A program made the position numbers and the translations under genes. The notes under the pieces are model-generated. The model made no database searches. It saw only the letters and a program-made list of their open reading frames with translations, and had not been told where the DNA came from. A DNA stretch of 64,000 nucleotides, taken from NCBI GenBank assembly GCA_021827705.1, contig JAKAUQ010000018.1, forward strand, positions 21,927-85,926, written 5' to 3'. Positions 63,822 to 64,000 of the stretch are shown in pieces. The stretch comes from Actinomycetes bacterium (GTDB lineage Bacteria; Actinomycetota; Acidimicrobiia; Acidimicrobiales; RAAP-2). How positions within the stretch are numbered: the stretch's first letter is position 1; the number at the start of each line of letters is the position of its first letter.

Positions 63822-64000
63822 CTACGAACCCACGGGGAAGAAGGGACTTACCAGGAGGCGCCCGCCGGAGCACGGCGTGAAGGTGTAGGTGCTCGCTGTC
63901 GTCAGTCCTGGGCCTGCTGTCGTCCCGACGCGGATCGCCCCGACCGAGGGGCAACTGGCCCCATTGGCGGCGGGTACGTCAGTGAACGCGAAGTCGAAAC
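63822..64000 (-). CDS. C-terminal fragment of a secreted DUF4232-like protein (5' end outside window)
   Basis: Frame reads FDFAFTDVPAANGASCPSVGAIRV...YTFTPCSGGRLLVSPFFPVGS*; Cys pair and L.VSP ending. Confidence 0.5.
   Translation of the reverse strand, partial: FDFAFTDVPAANGASCPSVGAIRVGTTAGPGLTTASTYTFTPCSGGRLLVSPFFPVGS

Overview
High-GC actinobacterial chromosome segment. Gene content and protein style suggest class Acidimicrobiia (inference). It is mostly housekeeping and metabolic: trpB(partial)-trpA, satP and acs, gltBD, fbiC, tkt-tal-pgi, trmI, the full Pup-proteasome locus (arc-dop-pup-prcB-prcA-pafA) followed by lepB-tatB-tatC-helY-thyX-like, htrA, a crcB pair, gcvT-PA-PB, thiD, and transporters. 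There is no CRISPR array and no intact integrase or transposase. Main points of interest: (1) A 13-kb minus-strand block (44464-57585) with an ABC importer, a GlnA4-like gamma-glutamylamide synthetase, ALDH, SDR, MerR, a nuclease-like protein, gcvT/PA/PB and a gamma-glutamyl hydrolase coupled to gcvPB. It reads as an amine (ethanolamine?) to gamma-Glu-Gly to glycine to C1/NH3 pathway. (2) A ~1.1-kb accessory islet at the 3' end of tRNA-Pro(GGG) carrying an unrecognised AbrB-like/RelE-like two-gene module with an operator-overlapped promoter. (3) DosR-type boxes and a Rex/CRP-type palindrome upstream of satP and acs. (4) A MerR gene coupled to a small PD-(D/E)xK-like gene. (5) Several protein oddities: PrcB with Ala at -1, a shortened HelY, a tandem ThyX, a hyperacidic DUF4193-like protein and a non-lipoprotein SBP. 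(6) Pervasive leaderless promoter architecture. All family assignments come from motif recognition by eye; no database searches were run.
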